A program made the translations under genes and the position numbers. The notes under the pieces are model-generated. The model saw nothing but the letters and a program-made list of their open reading frames with translations. It was not told the DNA's origin and made no database searches. Shown here in pieces: positions 37,992 to 52,308 of a DNA stretch of 64,000 bases (position 1 is the stretch's first letter; every line of letters starts with the position of its first letter). Source of the stretch: Octopus bimaculoides (lineage: Eukaryota); assembly GCF_001194135.2 (NCBI RefSeq), contig NC_068981.1, positions 8,452,684 through 8,516,683 of the forward strand, given 5' to 3'.

Positions 37992-40247
37992 TTTACTGAA
38001 TGTGTTCTCTACTAAAAAATACCGGGTAATCCTTCAGTTTTGTGTTCCTTTGTTTTTCTTATATAACTTGACATAAGAACGTGTGTGTGTGTGTGTGTGT
38101 GATAATGTAACAGAACCAAAGAAAAAGCTTAAAATAATGTCTCTGGTTGACATCCAAAGAAACATGTTTGAAAGCAGTTATCATGATTTCATTTCTCTCT
38201 TATGATGTAATAGCACCGCGATAAGTGTTTGTGTGTTTGTGTGTGGGGGGAATCAAGAATATGAGACATACAAGAGAATATTTTGCAATTAGAGAGTAAA
38301 AAAAACAAAAAAACCTGTAATATATTTCTACTTTCCAGACTGTTCAGATAACAGAATATTTTTTTAATTAAGATAATTATTCAGGGTTAGGATTAAATAG
38401 ATATATTTGTCAATTAGTCAAACAGAGAAAAGAAAAATTAAGAGGAAAATAACAAAATGTTTATGCTTGGTGATTCAACGTTACTGAAGTAAAAATAAAA
38501 CTGAAATATTCAAATAAATAATCTTTTATTTTTCTTTAAATCAAAAACAGCCCTTCTAGAACACAGGTAAATAAAACTCGTTAATTAAAACTGTTGAAAA
38601 CAATTCATAATAAAGAAATAACGGATTGCCTTTGTTAACAAGTGCTAATTAAAATAGTTTTCTTTTTTTCAACTTTTGTGTTTGATAAAGTTCAAAGTTT
38701 TGAACTGAAATGATAAAAACTAAAAAACAGTTGTAATGTGTCGACAGTGAGCCCTCCTTGAGCAGATAATATCTAACAAGCATACAAGTTATTTTTATTT
38801 ACAAAGAATCAACAATATTTCTATATTTGGGATCTCATCTTTTTCTGGTTCAACACTTTGGATGGAATTGCAAGGTAAATAACAAAAACAATTTGGTTGG
38901 CATCAAATTTAATAAAAGAGAAGAAATTGGATAAAATATTTTGACAAAACAAAGAGAAACATTTCTCTTGTAAAAATTACGGTGAAGCAGTTTTAGCTAC
39001 CAAATACATGAATATGGCAAGAAGTTATGGAATAATACCAGACATGTTCTTCAATGAAAATTTTTTTACCAATTTTGCAACACAAAGTAGAAGTTTAGAG
39101 GGAAATGGAAAAATGGAATAAATAAAATATAATTTAAGAAAACCCCAAAGAAAATAAAAAACAGGAAGAGAAAATTTTTGTTATGGAAATTTAAAATCGA
39201 AACCTCCAATTTTGTATTAAACATATCAGTAATATTTCCAGCAAATTAGTACAATACACACACATACATACATATATGCATATAATATGACTGCATATAT
39301 GTATGTGCATCCATATATGCATGCATGTGTGCCTGGATATACATCTGCGTTTGCTTATTTGAATGTCATTCAGTGTTGTTGTCCCGTCAATTGCTTGTTT
39401 ACTCACTTCATCCCTTTGAAGCTGTGGAGAATAAAAAAAAAAGTCCCTTACTTGAAAAATAGGTAAGTGTTAGCATCGGGAAAGGCATCCAGCTGTAAAA
39501 AAAACACCTCAAAACCATATTTGTCTAACCATGCTAGCATGAAAAATCAGATGTAAACATGACTGAACAAACCAGTGTGTGTGTGTGGTTTATATATATA
39601 TTTATCTTTTGAATTTTAGTCGACTGAATCGACCCCAGTCCTTTCTTTTTGTTTAAAGGCTGGTAATTATTCTATTGGTCTCTTTTGCAAAACTGCTAAG
39701 TTATAGGGACATAAGCACACCAACACCAGTTGTCAAGCAGCGGTGGGGGACAAACACAGACACAAAGACACACACACACATACGAGGGGTTTCTTACAAT
39801 CCCTGTCTACCAAATTCACTCAAAAGGCTTTGGTTGGCCCAAGGCTATAGTAGAAGACACTTGCCCAAAGTGTCCCGCAGTGGGACTGAACCTGGTAGTT
39901 GGGAATCAAACTTCCTTTCACACATGCATATATATATATATATATCATCATCATCATCATCATCGTTTAACGTCCGCTTTCCATGCTAGCATGGGTTGGA
40001 CGATTTGACTGAGGACTGGTGAAATCAGATGGCAACACCAGGCTCCAATCTGATTTGGCAGAGTTTCTACAGCTGGATGCCCTTCCTAATGCCAACCACT
40101 CTGAGAGTGGTTGGCATTATATATACTTTATTAATAAGCATATTACTCTACCTCTGGTATTCGAGTACTATTTTTGCCACTTAGTTTCACATTTATGTGC
40201 TTATTCTGGTGTGTGTATGTATGTATGTATGTATGTATGTATGTATG

Positions 40248-40336
<89 letters not shown>

Positions 40337-41544
40337 GTATATATATTTATATATATATATATATAAATACACAAAACCTTGTTTCAACATTTCAAACATT
40401 TATTTTTCCTTTCTGGGTCAGATGTGACTAAGTTGAAGAAGAGATTTCGACAGCCAAGTGTTTATCCTTTCTCACACAAAATTTCATTTGTTTTCAAGTC
40501 AGGTAACGATCTCCCAGTTTATAACCTGGACATGCTTCGGAAGATATTTCTAAACCACCCACACTTGTATAAGTGGTGAGGCTTTTGTTTCAGAGCGTAA
40601 CATGTCAAGAAGCCCAGACATGTTTTTACAGTGAGTTGCAAATGAATTACTCCATCTGCAAGAATGATGATGTTCTTGTGTCCATCATCATGCAAACCTA
40701 TCAAGATGAGGGGAAATGCACAGTCACACACACATGACAGGCTTCTTCAGTTACCATTTTCCCTTACAAGGAATTGATCAACCCATGGCTAAAGGAGGTA
40801 GCCAACAGTGTTGATGGAGAGGGACTGAACCCCTAATGATGAGGTTTTGAAGAGAGCTATTCAGCCACACAGCTGCAGGCATGGCTGAGGGGGTCAAAGT
40901 GTTCACTTTCAAACCATGCGACAGGGGGTTCAGTGCCATTGTGTGACACCTGAAGCAAGGGTCAATAGAATGACACCCCTCCCCCTTCAATACTACTCCC
41001 CACTCTTTGTCTTGCAAGTCCCTTGGTGACTTCACTGCCGTTGGTGCCAAGCCAGAAGCACTGAGTATACTCCGTAAAGCGGTTGGCATTAGGAGGGGCA
41101 TCGAGCTGTAGAAACCATGCCAAAACAGAGAAACAAATGCAGCCTGGTGCAGCTCTCTGGGTTGCCAGCTTCTGTTGTCAAACCATCCAACCCATACCAG
41201 CATGGAAAACAGATGTTAAATGATGATGATGATGATGAGATAGATAGATGGATGAATATGTATAGGTGTGTATGTGTATGTGTGTGTGTATGTGTGTGTG
41301 TATGAGCCTGAGTTTTCTAGTCTTGCTATGTGATGGTTGTAAATGAGCAGCACCATCATATATCTACAAACCATTTTCGTACATTTTCATTCTTGCATGG
41401 AAACATGTCCAACCATGGTGAGGTATGGAAACAAATAAGGGTTGGTGACAGAAAGGGCATCTAATCATAGAAACTCTTCTCCAATGATTTCCATCTGCTC
41501 CATGCAAGCATAGAGAAGTGCATGTTGGAACAATGAAGATGAAG

Positions 41545-41596
<52 letters not shown>

Positions 41597-41795
41597 CAAC
41601 ATATGAATTGATCAGCTGAGCTCAAAACTCAACTTCTCATGGGATTATTGTCTATTCACTCTACACTCCATTTTAAGTTTAACATCAGGTAAGGTTTGCA
41701 TTATAGAAAAAATACTTTAATATACTTACAACTCTTACATTATGATAGTACACACACACACAAATATATATGTATGCATATATATACACAGATAT

Positions 41796-41828
<33 letters not shown>

Positions 41829-42119
41829 CATACACATACAGATATGCATATATATATATATATATATATATGTATACACACACACACACATATATATATA
41901 GTTGTGTGTGTGTGTACTATCATAATGTAAGAGTTATACACACACACACATATGCATTCATAAATGTAAATGAATATATTTATAAATATGCATGTATGTG
42001 TGTGTGTGTGTGCATGTGTGTGTGTGCATGTGTGTGTGTGTGCGTGTACTAGTAAATGTATTTGTATATATATGTAAACATATATGTATATGCATGTATA
42101 TCTACATATACACATATAG

Positions 42120-42153
<34 letters not shown>

Positions 42154-44400
42154 ATGATTTACATGAGGAGACCCTATTTTAATTTTTATTATTTTAAATA
42201 ACTCTTCAGCAGTAAATATTTCCATTTGTGAAAACCACTCATTAGCTTGACATGTCATCATCATAAGATGATGATTAATTTGACATGTGTCCTTTCATAA
42301 ATGTTTTATGAAAATATTATTATCGTTATTATTATTAGTAATGAATCAGAACAGACAATTTTTTGGAATGGCGACAGATGGTTAGAAAATACTGTTGTTA
42401 TCCACATCTTGCAGGGTTCAGTTGCAGTTTCAGTAGCAATACTAATGTTAGTAATATCTTTCTTTCAATTAGTTGCTAGTCAGTTACAGAATATAGTGTA
42501 CATAGTTGTAACCTCAATCAATTTGAGAATATCCTGCTTCTAATTCCAACAGCTCCAGGAAGATTTTGTCAATTACATAACATTTGGTAATTAGTAGCAC
42601 TCTAATTAGTAGACAGAATATTAAACAATTGCAGATCATGTATCGATTTCCATCAACTAGCTGAATGTCAGAGTGTGGACTGGCTTGTGCGGGTGGCACA
42701 TAAAAGACACCATTTCGAGCGTGGCCGTTTTCGTGCGGGTGACACGTAAAAGCACCCACTACACTCTCTGAGTGGTTGGCATTAGGAAGGGCATCCAGCT
42801 GTAGAAACTCTGCCAAATCAGACTGGAGCCTGGTGTTGCCATCCGGTTTCACCAGTCCTCAGTCAAATCGTCCAACCCATGCTAGCATGGAAAGCGGACG
42901 TTAAACGATGATGATGATGATGATGATCCTAGATCAAAATGAAATGGCTATGTGGTGGAGCTGAACTGTTGATGGATCTGAAGCAGTTAGTCCAATACTT
43001 CATCAACTTAACATTTATTTTATTTCTCATATAAGGGAAGGAGGAGAAAACTAAGAGTGTTGGTAAAAGTGAAGTTTGAGCAGAATAGACTTCATCTGAA
43101 TAAAAAATATAAAACAAGTGTCAAACTGTGGAGCCATGTTTTAACCGGTTGTTAAGCATTATTCTAGAGATATCATCTGTATCACATCAACTTCAATCTT
43201 CAGCCATTTTGTTTTGCTTTTTGCATTTTTTCATCACCAATTTTAAAAAATTAAATTGTAAACTTTTACAGTGTTGACAAAATATGAAAACCATTGCCAA
43301 ATTATTTTGATCATAATGGACCTTTAAAAAATAAAGAATTAAAAGTTAGGCTACAATCAACAAGAACAAGAACAATTGTAGTAGAACTGAAGAAAACTAT
43401 AAAATGTTCCAATTTTACTTATGTTTTTTTATCTTTATACATTTGAAGAATTGTTTTAAGTTTGTATTTCTAGAAAAAAAAAAAAAAATTGGTGGAGCAT
43501 TTAACAATAACACAGTATTATAATTAAAGTAAAAAAAAATATCAGATTACTTGAAGAATATTGTTAAGTCATTATATTTTCCAATTCTTAGTTTTGATTA
43601 AATTAAATAGATTTGAATATTATAAATCGGAAAAAATGAAACAGAAAAAACAACAAAAAATGAAGCACAATAATTCTGAAAACAGTGATAGAAAAGATTT
43701 ATGCAGAATTTGAAATTAATAATAAAAAATGAGTTAATTTTGAATGAAAGTTTTGGTTTAAAACAGCATAAAACCTAAAGAAAAGAAATTAAATAAAAAA
43801 AATAAGGAAAAAAATGAAGGAAAACTGATTAAAAATAAGATTACAATGATGATGATGATAATTTGTATTAATCATGGCACAAGGCCAGCAATCTTGAGGG
43901 GAGGGGGAAGACAGTTAAACTGACCATAGGATTTGATTGGTATTCTATTGACTGAAAAGATGAAGTTGACCATGGTTGGATTTGAACTCAGAATGTAAAG
44001 AATCACAAAAAGTAATTTTGTCACTAATGAACCAATGGAATATGAACTCAACACACACACACACACAAATAAATAAATAAAAACTAATGAACCAGTGGGA
44101 TTTGAACTCAAAACACAAAAAAAAAACAAAGCAAACAACACAGAATATTTTGGCCAATGCTCCACTGGTTCTCCATGATTGACACTAAGGTTGTCTTTCT
44201 CAGAAACATAATGGCTGAGATGAACAACAATTAACATTATGCTAATTAGGGACAAGGAATCCTGCTTGACTTCCAAGGACAGCTCTAAGTGAAAGAAACC
44301 ATTCCCTCTTATATTACTGGTCCTTTAATCAAGAGTGGAGAGATCATTGACAAAGTCAGTATTTCCTGCTAAAACTGATTGAACTATCCTTAAAGATTAT

Positions 44401-44728
44401 GGCCTGGCTCTCCATCAGTTTTGACAATGAGTGTTCCAGTTGGTTCAATTAATGGAACAGCCTGCTCACAAAATTAACGTACAATGGCTGAGCACTCCAC
44501 AGACACACATATCCTTAATGTAGTTCTCAGGGTGATTTAACAGGACAAAGAATGTGACAAGGTTGGTCCCCATTGAATTACAAGTACAACTCATTTTTGC
44601 CAGTTGAGTGGACCGGAGCAATGTGAAATGAAGTGTCTTGCTCAAGGACACCACGCGCCGCCGGGAATTGAACTCCAGACCTTATGATTATGAGCCAAAT
44701 ACCCCAATGACTAAGCCACAGATCTTCA
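44401..44728 (-). mobile_element. tRNA-derived SINE family C, near-complete
   Basis: Minus strand reads tgaagatctgtggcttagtc...ggagttcaattcccgg...cttgagcaagacacttcatttcacattgctcc.... Confidence 0.8.
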
Positions 44729-44820
44729 CTGTGAAGATCTTGGAGGTCGACAGAAATAGGGTTTGAATAACAAAAGCAAAAAAAAAAAAAAAAAAAAAAA
44801 AAAAGACATTAGTAATAAAC

Positions 44821-44856
<36 letters not shown>

Positions 44857-45725
44857 GTTTCAAATTTGCTATAGCTGGCATCTGTCACAAAATATCTTGT
44901 CTTCTAGTTTCCACAGTAATGGCTCAAAAGCCATCAGTAGATACAGACCAAGTACAGGATTAGAAATGGTGGTTATTTATTCTGATCATTGAGCAGATGT
45001 CACTCTGCATTGAGATAATCCAAAGATGGGACTGAAGTCAGCTGCAAAAGAATGATGGCTGATTCTACAGAAACCACACACACTTACATTAGGCTAGCAC
45101 TAGAGTACCACTGGAGTCCAGCTGACTGCTATACCACATGTACATTAACATGGACCTACAATGGAGTACAACTTGCATCTGTGAAATGGTGCTGCTGTTA
45201 GGTACCATTTCTTCTGGAATCTTCCTGTTTTTCTGCACAAATGTTGTTCAAACGAAATCTCAGTGTCTGGGCAGGGGTATGTGGTGTCCAGTAAAGGTCA
45301 ATGCTCATTGCTCCTCCTTCAAACCACAACTCTTCTTTACAAACTAACACTAAAAAGAAATGTTCTTTCTTCAGCTTAATAACATTTTAATCATGAAACA
45401 TTAAATATGGAGAGGTGAGTGCCTTGCCTAAGGATTGAATGCAATGTCTGAATCATTAAAATCTAAATGTTGAAATATGAAGAATTTATTTTGATATTTC
45501 ACCCAAAATAATTTGAAATGTAAACAAAAACAATAATTGTTAAAATATAATAAAAGGAAAGCAATTTTCAACAAACGATGAAAAGAATTTGAGTAAAATA
45601 AATAAAAAGAATAATAATAATAATATTATATAACAGTGACATAAAAATATTATGAAAGAAAGGACTATGACAGATTTGGCTTGTATAGTTTGATATCATC
45701 ATCATCATAACATCAACTACACTGT

Positions 45726-45761
<36 letters not shown>

Positions 45762-46708
45762 GTGTATAAGCTTTTGAATTTTCCAAAACAATGAAAACAC
45801 AAAGAAACTAAGAGTGAATTGACATGCTGCTAGATTTGAAAATGTCAATAATTTTGTTGCTGTTTTTTTAATTTTGAAACAAAAATTTTAAAGTGCAGAG
45901 GAATTCTTATGAAATTTCCATTGAAAAATCTTCTAAACTAAAATATCAGAAGATTCTTTCAAACGATTCCTATCGAAATCATCCTCAGAGCCATTGCAAC
46001 AAGTCAACACATCCAAACAAGAGTTTTTCAGAAAACTTGTTTGATAATGTTTATTCCAGGTAAAAATAGATTTTGTTCGTCTCTCTCTCTCTCTAATGAG
46101 AAGAAGGGGAAGAAAAGCCAGTTCTCAATAATTTGTATCCAAAAAAGAGTAAACAGACGCACAGGAAATATTAGTTTCCAATCTCGGCACAAGGCCAGCA
46201 ATTAAAGGGAAGCAGTTAAGTTGATTATATCAATCCTAGTATTCAACTGGTACTTATTAATCCCAAAAGGATGAAAGACTAAGTCAACCTTGGAAGCATT
46301 TGAACTCAGAACACAGAGATGGGACAAAACACTGCAAAGCATTTTGTCTGGTGTTCTAATGATTCTGCCAACTTGTCAGAAATATTACCACTTTGTTAGA
46401 ACTTTTGAAATCCAGTGCCGCAATCTTTTATAACTCTGTAAAGCCTTGATATCTGTTTTATACACAGACTAGTTTCCAGATGAATGGCCCCCAACATATT
46501 ACTGGTATGTATTTCAATGATTCAGGGAGAGATAAAGGACAAAATCAGTCACAACAGAAAGGAGAATTTAGAAAGATGAAATCAAACTTCCTGATGGTGC
46601 TGTCTTTTATGAAATAATAAATCAGTCTTTGAGAGAAACTCTGCAAGCATTTCGTTTTTGCTTTTGGTTTACAAAATATTGATGAGAATTCGTCGGTTGA
46701 AGCAAATT

Positions 46709-46899
46709 TTGTTATGCCTTGGGAGGGTCATAATGCCAGTAATAATAACACACACACACTGGTTCAATATCACTTCTTTATTGTTAGTCAATTGGTCAGT
46801 TAGATATTTAATCGATTAACTAACAATAAAGAAGTCATATTGAACCAATGCATGTGTTATTATTATTATTGGTGTAATGACCCTCCCAAGACACCACAA
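46709..46899. mobile_element. Fold-back / MITE-like palindrome (~75-85-nt arms)
   Basis: cttgggagggtca..taataataacac..tggttcaatat.acttctttattgttagt is mirrored at ~46815-46890. Confidence 0.82.
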
Positions 46900-48315
46900 G
46901 ATCTGCAAGCATTATTTCTAATATAAGAACAGGGCCCACAATTTGAGAGAAGGGAGTTGATTGATTGCACTGGACCCCAGTACATGACTGGTACTTATTT
47001 TACTAACACCAGAGATGAAAGAGAGTTAATCTCAGCAGGATTTGAACTCAGAAAATGTAAAGAGTCATCTTTATATTCTATGTTTGACTTGTTTCAGTCA
47101 TGAGATTGTGGCCATGCTGGGGCACAGGATATTTAGCAAAGAATTCCATGCCCCAGCTTGGTAGTAATTCTATCAGTCTGTTTTTATGAACCAAGTTAGG
47201 GGAAATGTAAACACAACAATACACTGGCAGTCAAGCAGCATGCGGGAAGGGGGGGTAAACAATACAAACAGAAAGACACACACCCATTTATATATNNNNN
47301 NNNNNNNNNNNNNNNNNNNNNNNNNNNNNNNNNNNNNNNNNNNNNNNNNNNNNNNNNNNNNNNNNNNNNNNNNNNNNNNNNNNNNNNNNNNNNNNNNNNN
47401 NNNNNNNNNNNNNNNNNNNNNNNNNNNNNNNNNNNNNNNNNNNNNNNNNNNNNNNNNNNNNNNNNNNNNNNNNNNNNNNNNNNNNNNNNNNNNNNNNNNN
47501 NNNNNNNNNNNNNNNNNNNNNNNNNNNNNNNNNNNNNNNNNNNNNNNNNNNNNNNNNNNNNNNNNNNNNNNNNNNNNNNNNNNNNNNNNNNNNNNNNNNN
47601 NNNTATACATACACGACAGGCTTCTTTCAGTTTCTGCCAACCAAATCCACTCATGGGACTAAACCAAGAACCATATGGTTGGGCAACATTTATCAAATAT
47701 TGCAATGCATTTCGTCTGATGCTTTAACGATTTTGTTAATCTACCATTAAACAATGGTAAATTGAATAATGAAAGGAAAAAATCTGGTTTCATAAAGAAG
47801 ACTTCAAGTCTTCTTCTTCCATAAACATCTGAGTTTAATATTTTAAAATTTCTGTTTCTATAAAATATGTCACCATATTTTCCCTTGGCAAAATCTCTGA
47901 TGAATTTCATCTCCATTGTTGTACTGAAGCCTTTAAAACAAATCAGTTTGCAGACTTTCAGGGACAGTGCCTCAGGAATAATTCCTTACAATGGTACAAA
48001 ACTACACAAGGCTGGGTGTGGCTCACTGAATGGAATTCAGTACATAACTGGTACATCATCATCGTTTAACGTCTGCTTTCCATGCTGGCATGGGTTGGAC
48101 GGTTTGACTATATTTTTTAATGGAATCTGTATTAGTGAAAAGCAACATAAGACTTCCAACAGGATCTTAACTTTAAAGATAAAAGGATGTGAATAGATAG
48201 TGCAAAGATTTTAATGTCTGCCATTTGTAGAATATATGAATCTTAAGGTTGAAACTGATGAGGATGATAAGAAATTGTAGTTTAGTTAAATACTTATGAA
48301 ATGTTAAACAAACAT

Positions 48316-48728
48316 AGGCGCAGGTGTGGCTATGTGGCAAGAAGCTTGCTTCCTAACCACATGGTCCTGGGTTCAGTCCCATTGTGTGGCACCTTGGGCA
48401 AGTATCTTGTATTATAGTCTTGGGTTGACCAAAGTCTTGTGAATAGATTTGGTAGATGGAAACTGAAAGATGCCTGTTGTGTATATATATGTATGTGAAT
48501 ACACACACACAAGTGTATATCTTTGTGTGTGTCTCCCCCACCCTATCTCACAACCAGTGTTGGTGTATTTATGTCACCGTAACTTAGTGGTTTGGCAAAA
48601 GAGAATGATAAGTACCAGCCTTCTTTTTTTTTTTTTTAAATAAGTACTGGGGTTGTTTCCTTTGACTAAAATCTCTTCACGGTAGTGCCCCAGTATGGCC
48701 ACAGTGTCATGACTAAAACAAGTAAATG
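48316..48728 (+). mobile_element. tRNA-derived SINE family A, near full length
   Basis: aggcgcaggtgtggctatgtggcaagaagc...gggttcagtccc...ccagtatggccacagtgtcatgactaaaacaagtaaa. Confidence 0.85.
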
Positions 48729-49188
48729 ATAAAAGGAGAAATATATTGATTAAATAAAATACAAAGAGACCTTTACCTGCTAACGATCATCAACCCCTGA
48801 ACCACCTGAAAAAATGGTTGAAATATTTCGTTCAAAGTGTTTTTGTATATTTGGAGGAAATCAGTGGCAAGAATTGAGTTTTTATCTGAAGATCTGTGAC
48901 AGGCCATTGTTTAGAATTCAGAAGAACTAAGCAAACCAATATTGATAACTGGGACAAATTGTTGGATGCAAAACATGAAAGGAAATAAAGGATTCCTCTT
49001 TCAATCATTAGACTGCAGCCATGCTGGAGCACCACCTTGAAATGAATCGAGTCAAACAAATCGATCACAGGAGTTTATTTTCCTAATCCTGGTAGTTATT
49101 CTATTAGTTCTTTTGCTGAACTACTAGGTGACAGGGATGTAAACACACCAACACCTGTTGTCAAGCAGTGTGAGTGTAGGGGGACAAA

Positions 49189-49224
<36 letters not shown>

Positions 49225-49924
49225 TACAACAGGCATCTTTCTGTTTCCATCTGCCAAATCCACTCACAAGGCTTTGATTTGGCCTGAGGTTATAATAGAA
49301 GACACTTGCTCCAAGTTGCCACATAGTGGGACTGAACCTGGAACCTTGTGGTCAACAAGCAAACTTCTTACCATGCAGCCACACCTATAGAGTCAAATAT
49401 TTTGCCTGTAAAAAATACAGAACTCCCAGAAAATGTATCAATCTTAGTCTCCATTTACTACATTGGTTTCAAATTTTGGCACAAGGCCAGCAGTTTCGAG
49501 GAGGGGTGGGGTGGGGTGGGGTGTAAGTTAATTACATCAACCCCAGTGCTCAACTGGTACTTATTTTGTTGATCCAGAAAGGACAAAAGGCAAAGACAAC
49601 CCCAGCGGAATTTGAACTCAGAGCGTAAAGACAGATGAAAAGCTGCAAAAGATTTTGCCTATTCTGCTAATGGCTCTGCCAGTTCACTGTATTATTTTAA
49701 TTTGAAATATTATTGATTAATTTTAAATTCTCATAAAGTTAAATGATACAATAGGACTGTGTTTGCTATTAAAACTTATTTTATAAACTCCAGAAAAGGA
49801 AGTGATAGTATTTCTAATCATCGCCATCATCTACTTATACAGTGTGACCAGCAATGTATAACAACATCTAATAGGCTGGTTGACCACATGATATACACAT
49901 GTATGTATGTATGTATGTATGTTT

Positions 49925-50338
49925 ATTATTTACATTTGACAGATATTTGTCTTCATCTTGTTTGTTGTTAACACGTTTCGGCTGATATACCCTCCAGCCT
50001 TCATCAGGTGTCTTGGGGAAACTTCGAACATGGGTTCTCATTCCTAAGGTATTTTTCGATGTTATTATTATTATTATCATTATTATTAGTAATAGTAGCA
50101 CGGGCTACTAACCCCAAGATTCCAAGTTCGATTCCAGGCAGTGACCTGAATAATAATAATAATCACATTGAAAAATACCTTAGGAATGAGAACCCATGTT
50201 CGAAGTTTCCCCAAGACACCTGATGAAGGCTGGAGGGTATATCAGCCGAAATGTTGTTAACAACAAACAAGATGAGTATAAATATCCGTCTAATGTAAAT
50301 AATGTACATAATTCCTCATCTCTTAAATACAGAACTGT
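49925..50338. mobile_element. Head-to-head inverted pair of hammerhead-bearing SINE family E (minus 49925-50080, plus 50096-50338)
   Basis: The ~150-nt arms are reverse complements with roughly ten differences. The plus copy retains a tRNA-like 3' half with GTTCGATTCC (50126-50135), an (AAT)n tract and CTGATGA-aggctg..cagcc-GAAA. Confidence 0.85.
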
Positions 50339-51721
50339 AGTATGTTATTCATATAAAAACAGTGTACATTTAAACACGTAAGAGATGACTGTAGTATGTA
50401 TGTTTGTTTATATATGTGTACACATAGCACACACTACAAAGTGGTAGGTGTTAAGAAAGACATCACACTAAAAATGAAATGCAAGCAAGATGGGGTCTTC
50501 CAGCCTGTCTAGTTGAGGAGTATACCTCAAAGCACAAGGGACTGCAATTGCCTCCTAACCCATGCCAGCATGGAAAGCAGATGCGAAACAATGATTTCAC
50601 GCATGCACACACACACACTATGTTCTGAATGTGATAATGTCTACAAGTAGAAATATCTAATTGTGGATTTAGGAGACACAAACTGAAAGAAGCCTGTTTC
50701 GTGTGTGTGTGTGTGTGTGTGTTTACATTTGCCCTTCTGGAAATCTTGGACCCACAGTTGCTGATGTTGTTGTCATTTCACTTGCCACCAAATCTTCTTG
50801 CTGGCTTTGTGTCTTCAAAGTTCGCGTAATAAGAGATCTCTTACATGAAAAACAGGTAAGAGTTAGTGACGGGAAGAGCATCCAGCTGGAAAGTAATACT
50901 TCACTAATATATTCATCTAACTCATGCTAGCATGGAAAGACATGTAAATATGAATGTGTGTGTGTAAATACAAAATAAAAGTAGCTTAAGTAATATTTTA
51001 AAAATTTTAATGTATTATTTAAAAAAAAAACACAAATTATACCAAATAAATAATGAAATAAATAAATAAAGAAAATGAGGAGTGACTTGAAACAAAATAC
51101 AAAATAAAACAAATAAGAAAATAAAAAAAAGTAGATTTTAAGTCGTTTTAAAAGTGAGAAAAGATGGATTTTATTCATGTTTCAACAGAGATAGATTTTA
51201 ACAAGGAAATATTTTTAACAGAAAAAAAAAAAAAAATGAAAACCAGTTTGGTATTTTGAAGTAAAAAAAAAAAAAACCCAATAAAATTGAATAATTCAAA
51301 CAAAAATACTGATAAATGATAAAAATGTATGTTGAGACAGTGTTTAATGGTGGGCGGGTGGAAGAGTACAGAAAATGGGTTTAGTGGAGGAGGGGGTAGG
51401 AAGGGAGGGGGGTAGACAATGTGATTTGACTGCTTTTAGCGTTTGGTCAGAGTAAATTGTTAATGAGCGAACAAGACAAAAGGAAACGATTACGAGAAGC
51501 AGCAGACAGTGTCATAAGTGCTCACTATGACAGATCTTTACTGAGATGTTCACAGGATTACATAATGTGTGTGTGTGTGTATGTATGACATCATAACTGT
51601 CCAAATGACATCACCCACTGTTTGCTATGACTGATCTTTTTTAGAAAATAAGGAAAAAGAACAAACTTATTTACAGAAAAACCAGAGGAGTATCTTCTCT
51701 CTCTCTCTCTTTCCCTTTCTC

Positions 51722-51757
<36 letters not shown>

Positions 51758-52308
51758 TATTTCTCAAAATACAATGTTTATATACCAAAAAGATTTTCTA
51801 ACATTTTTCTAACATTTTTATAACATTTTTCTGACATAATTTAAATATATACTTTAACCATGTAACACAAGCCTTCTGTAGTTTTTTCACTCTTATCTTT
51901 TATACATCCAACCACGTGCTTTCACATACCAACTTTCTCACCTATATATATATATATATATATATACATACACATATGTACTTAGATATATACATACATA
52001 TATACAGATATATATTCATTCATATAGAGGCATACATAGATACAATCATATATACATATTTTTGGATCTATATTTATTATATTCATAGATCATTCATTCA
52101 TATATGTATGTCAACTTTTTACAAAGAAAGGTTTCACAGTGACTTTGAAGTTTCGGCTTGCTTGTATAGTAAACTATCAATCTGTGTTACTATTAGTTTT
52201 TAAAATGATTCAAAGCCACTGAAAGTAGTTGATCGATCTATCTATCTGTCTGTCTACCTAGGTTGTCCCACAGGACACCCTTAGCATTTCGGTTGTGCAT
52301 ACTATAGG

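Larger units (their letters stand above)
3789..42150. repeat. Dense microsatellite blocks: (TA)n, (CA)n, (TATG)n, (GATA)n, (GA)n, (GAT)n, (AAT)n. Examples: 3789-4095, 5340-6690, 12020-12125, 14140-14250, 40215-40365, 41700-42150
   Basis: Directly visible. Most N-gaps abut these tracts, and they generate the YIYI/VCVC/THTH pseudo-ORFs. Confidence 0.97.

Noticed and set aside
40422-40502. 81-nt plus-strand exon-like segment ([27 protein letters not shown])
   Set aside because: The opposite strand resembles a decayed RTE block (FRSM..NW.DR.PD), the acceptor and donor are only moderate, and the peptide is not recognised.
680-47705. Long ORF-track entries containing X runs or YIYI/VCVC/THTH/MMMM/HHHH repeats
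   Set aside because: These are translations of N-gaps and microsatellites, with no splice or homology support.
47659-47916. 85-aa minus ORF (MEMKFIRDFAKGKYGDIFYRNRNFK..)
   Set aside because: No recognisable motif and weak splice signals, consistent with a chance ORF in AT-rich DNA.
50100-50140. tRNA-like sequences other than tRNA-Phe (SINE heads at 11060, 36281, 44660, 48316, 50100, 63520)
   Set aside because: They lack a complete cloverleaf and run into SINE bodies, so they are treated as SINE Pol III promoters, not tRNA genes.
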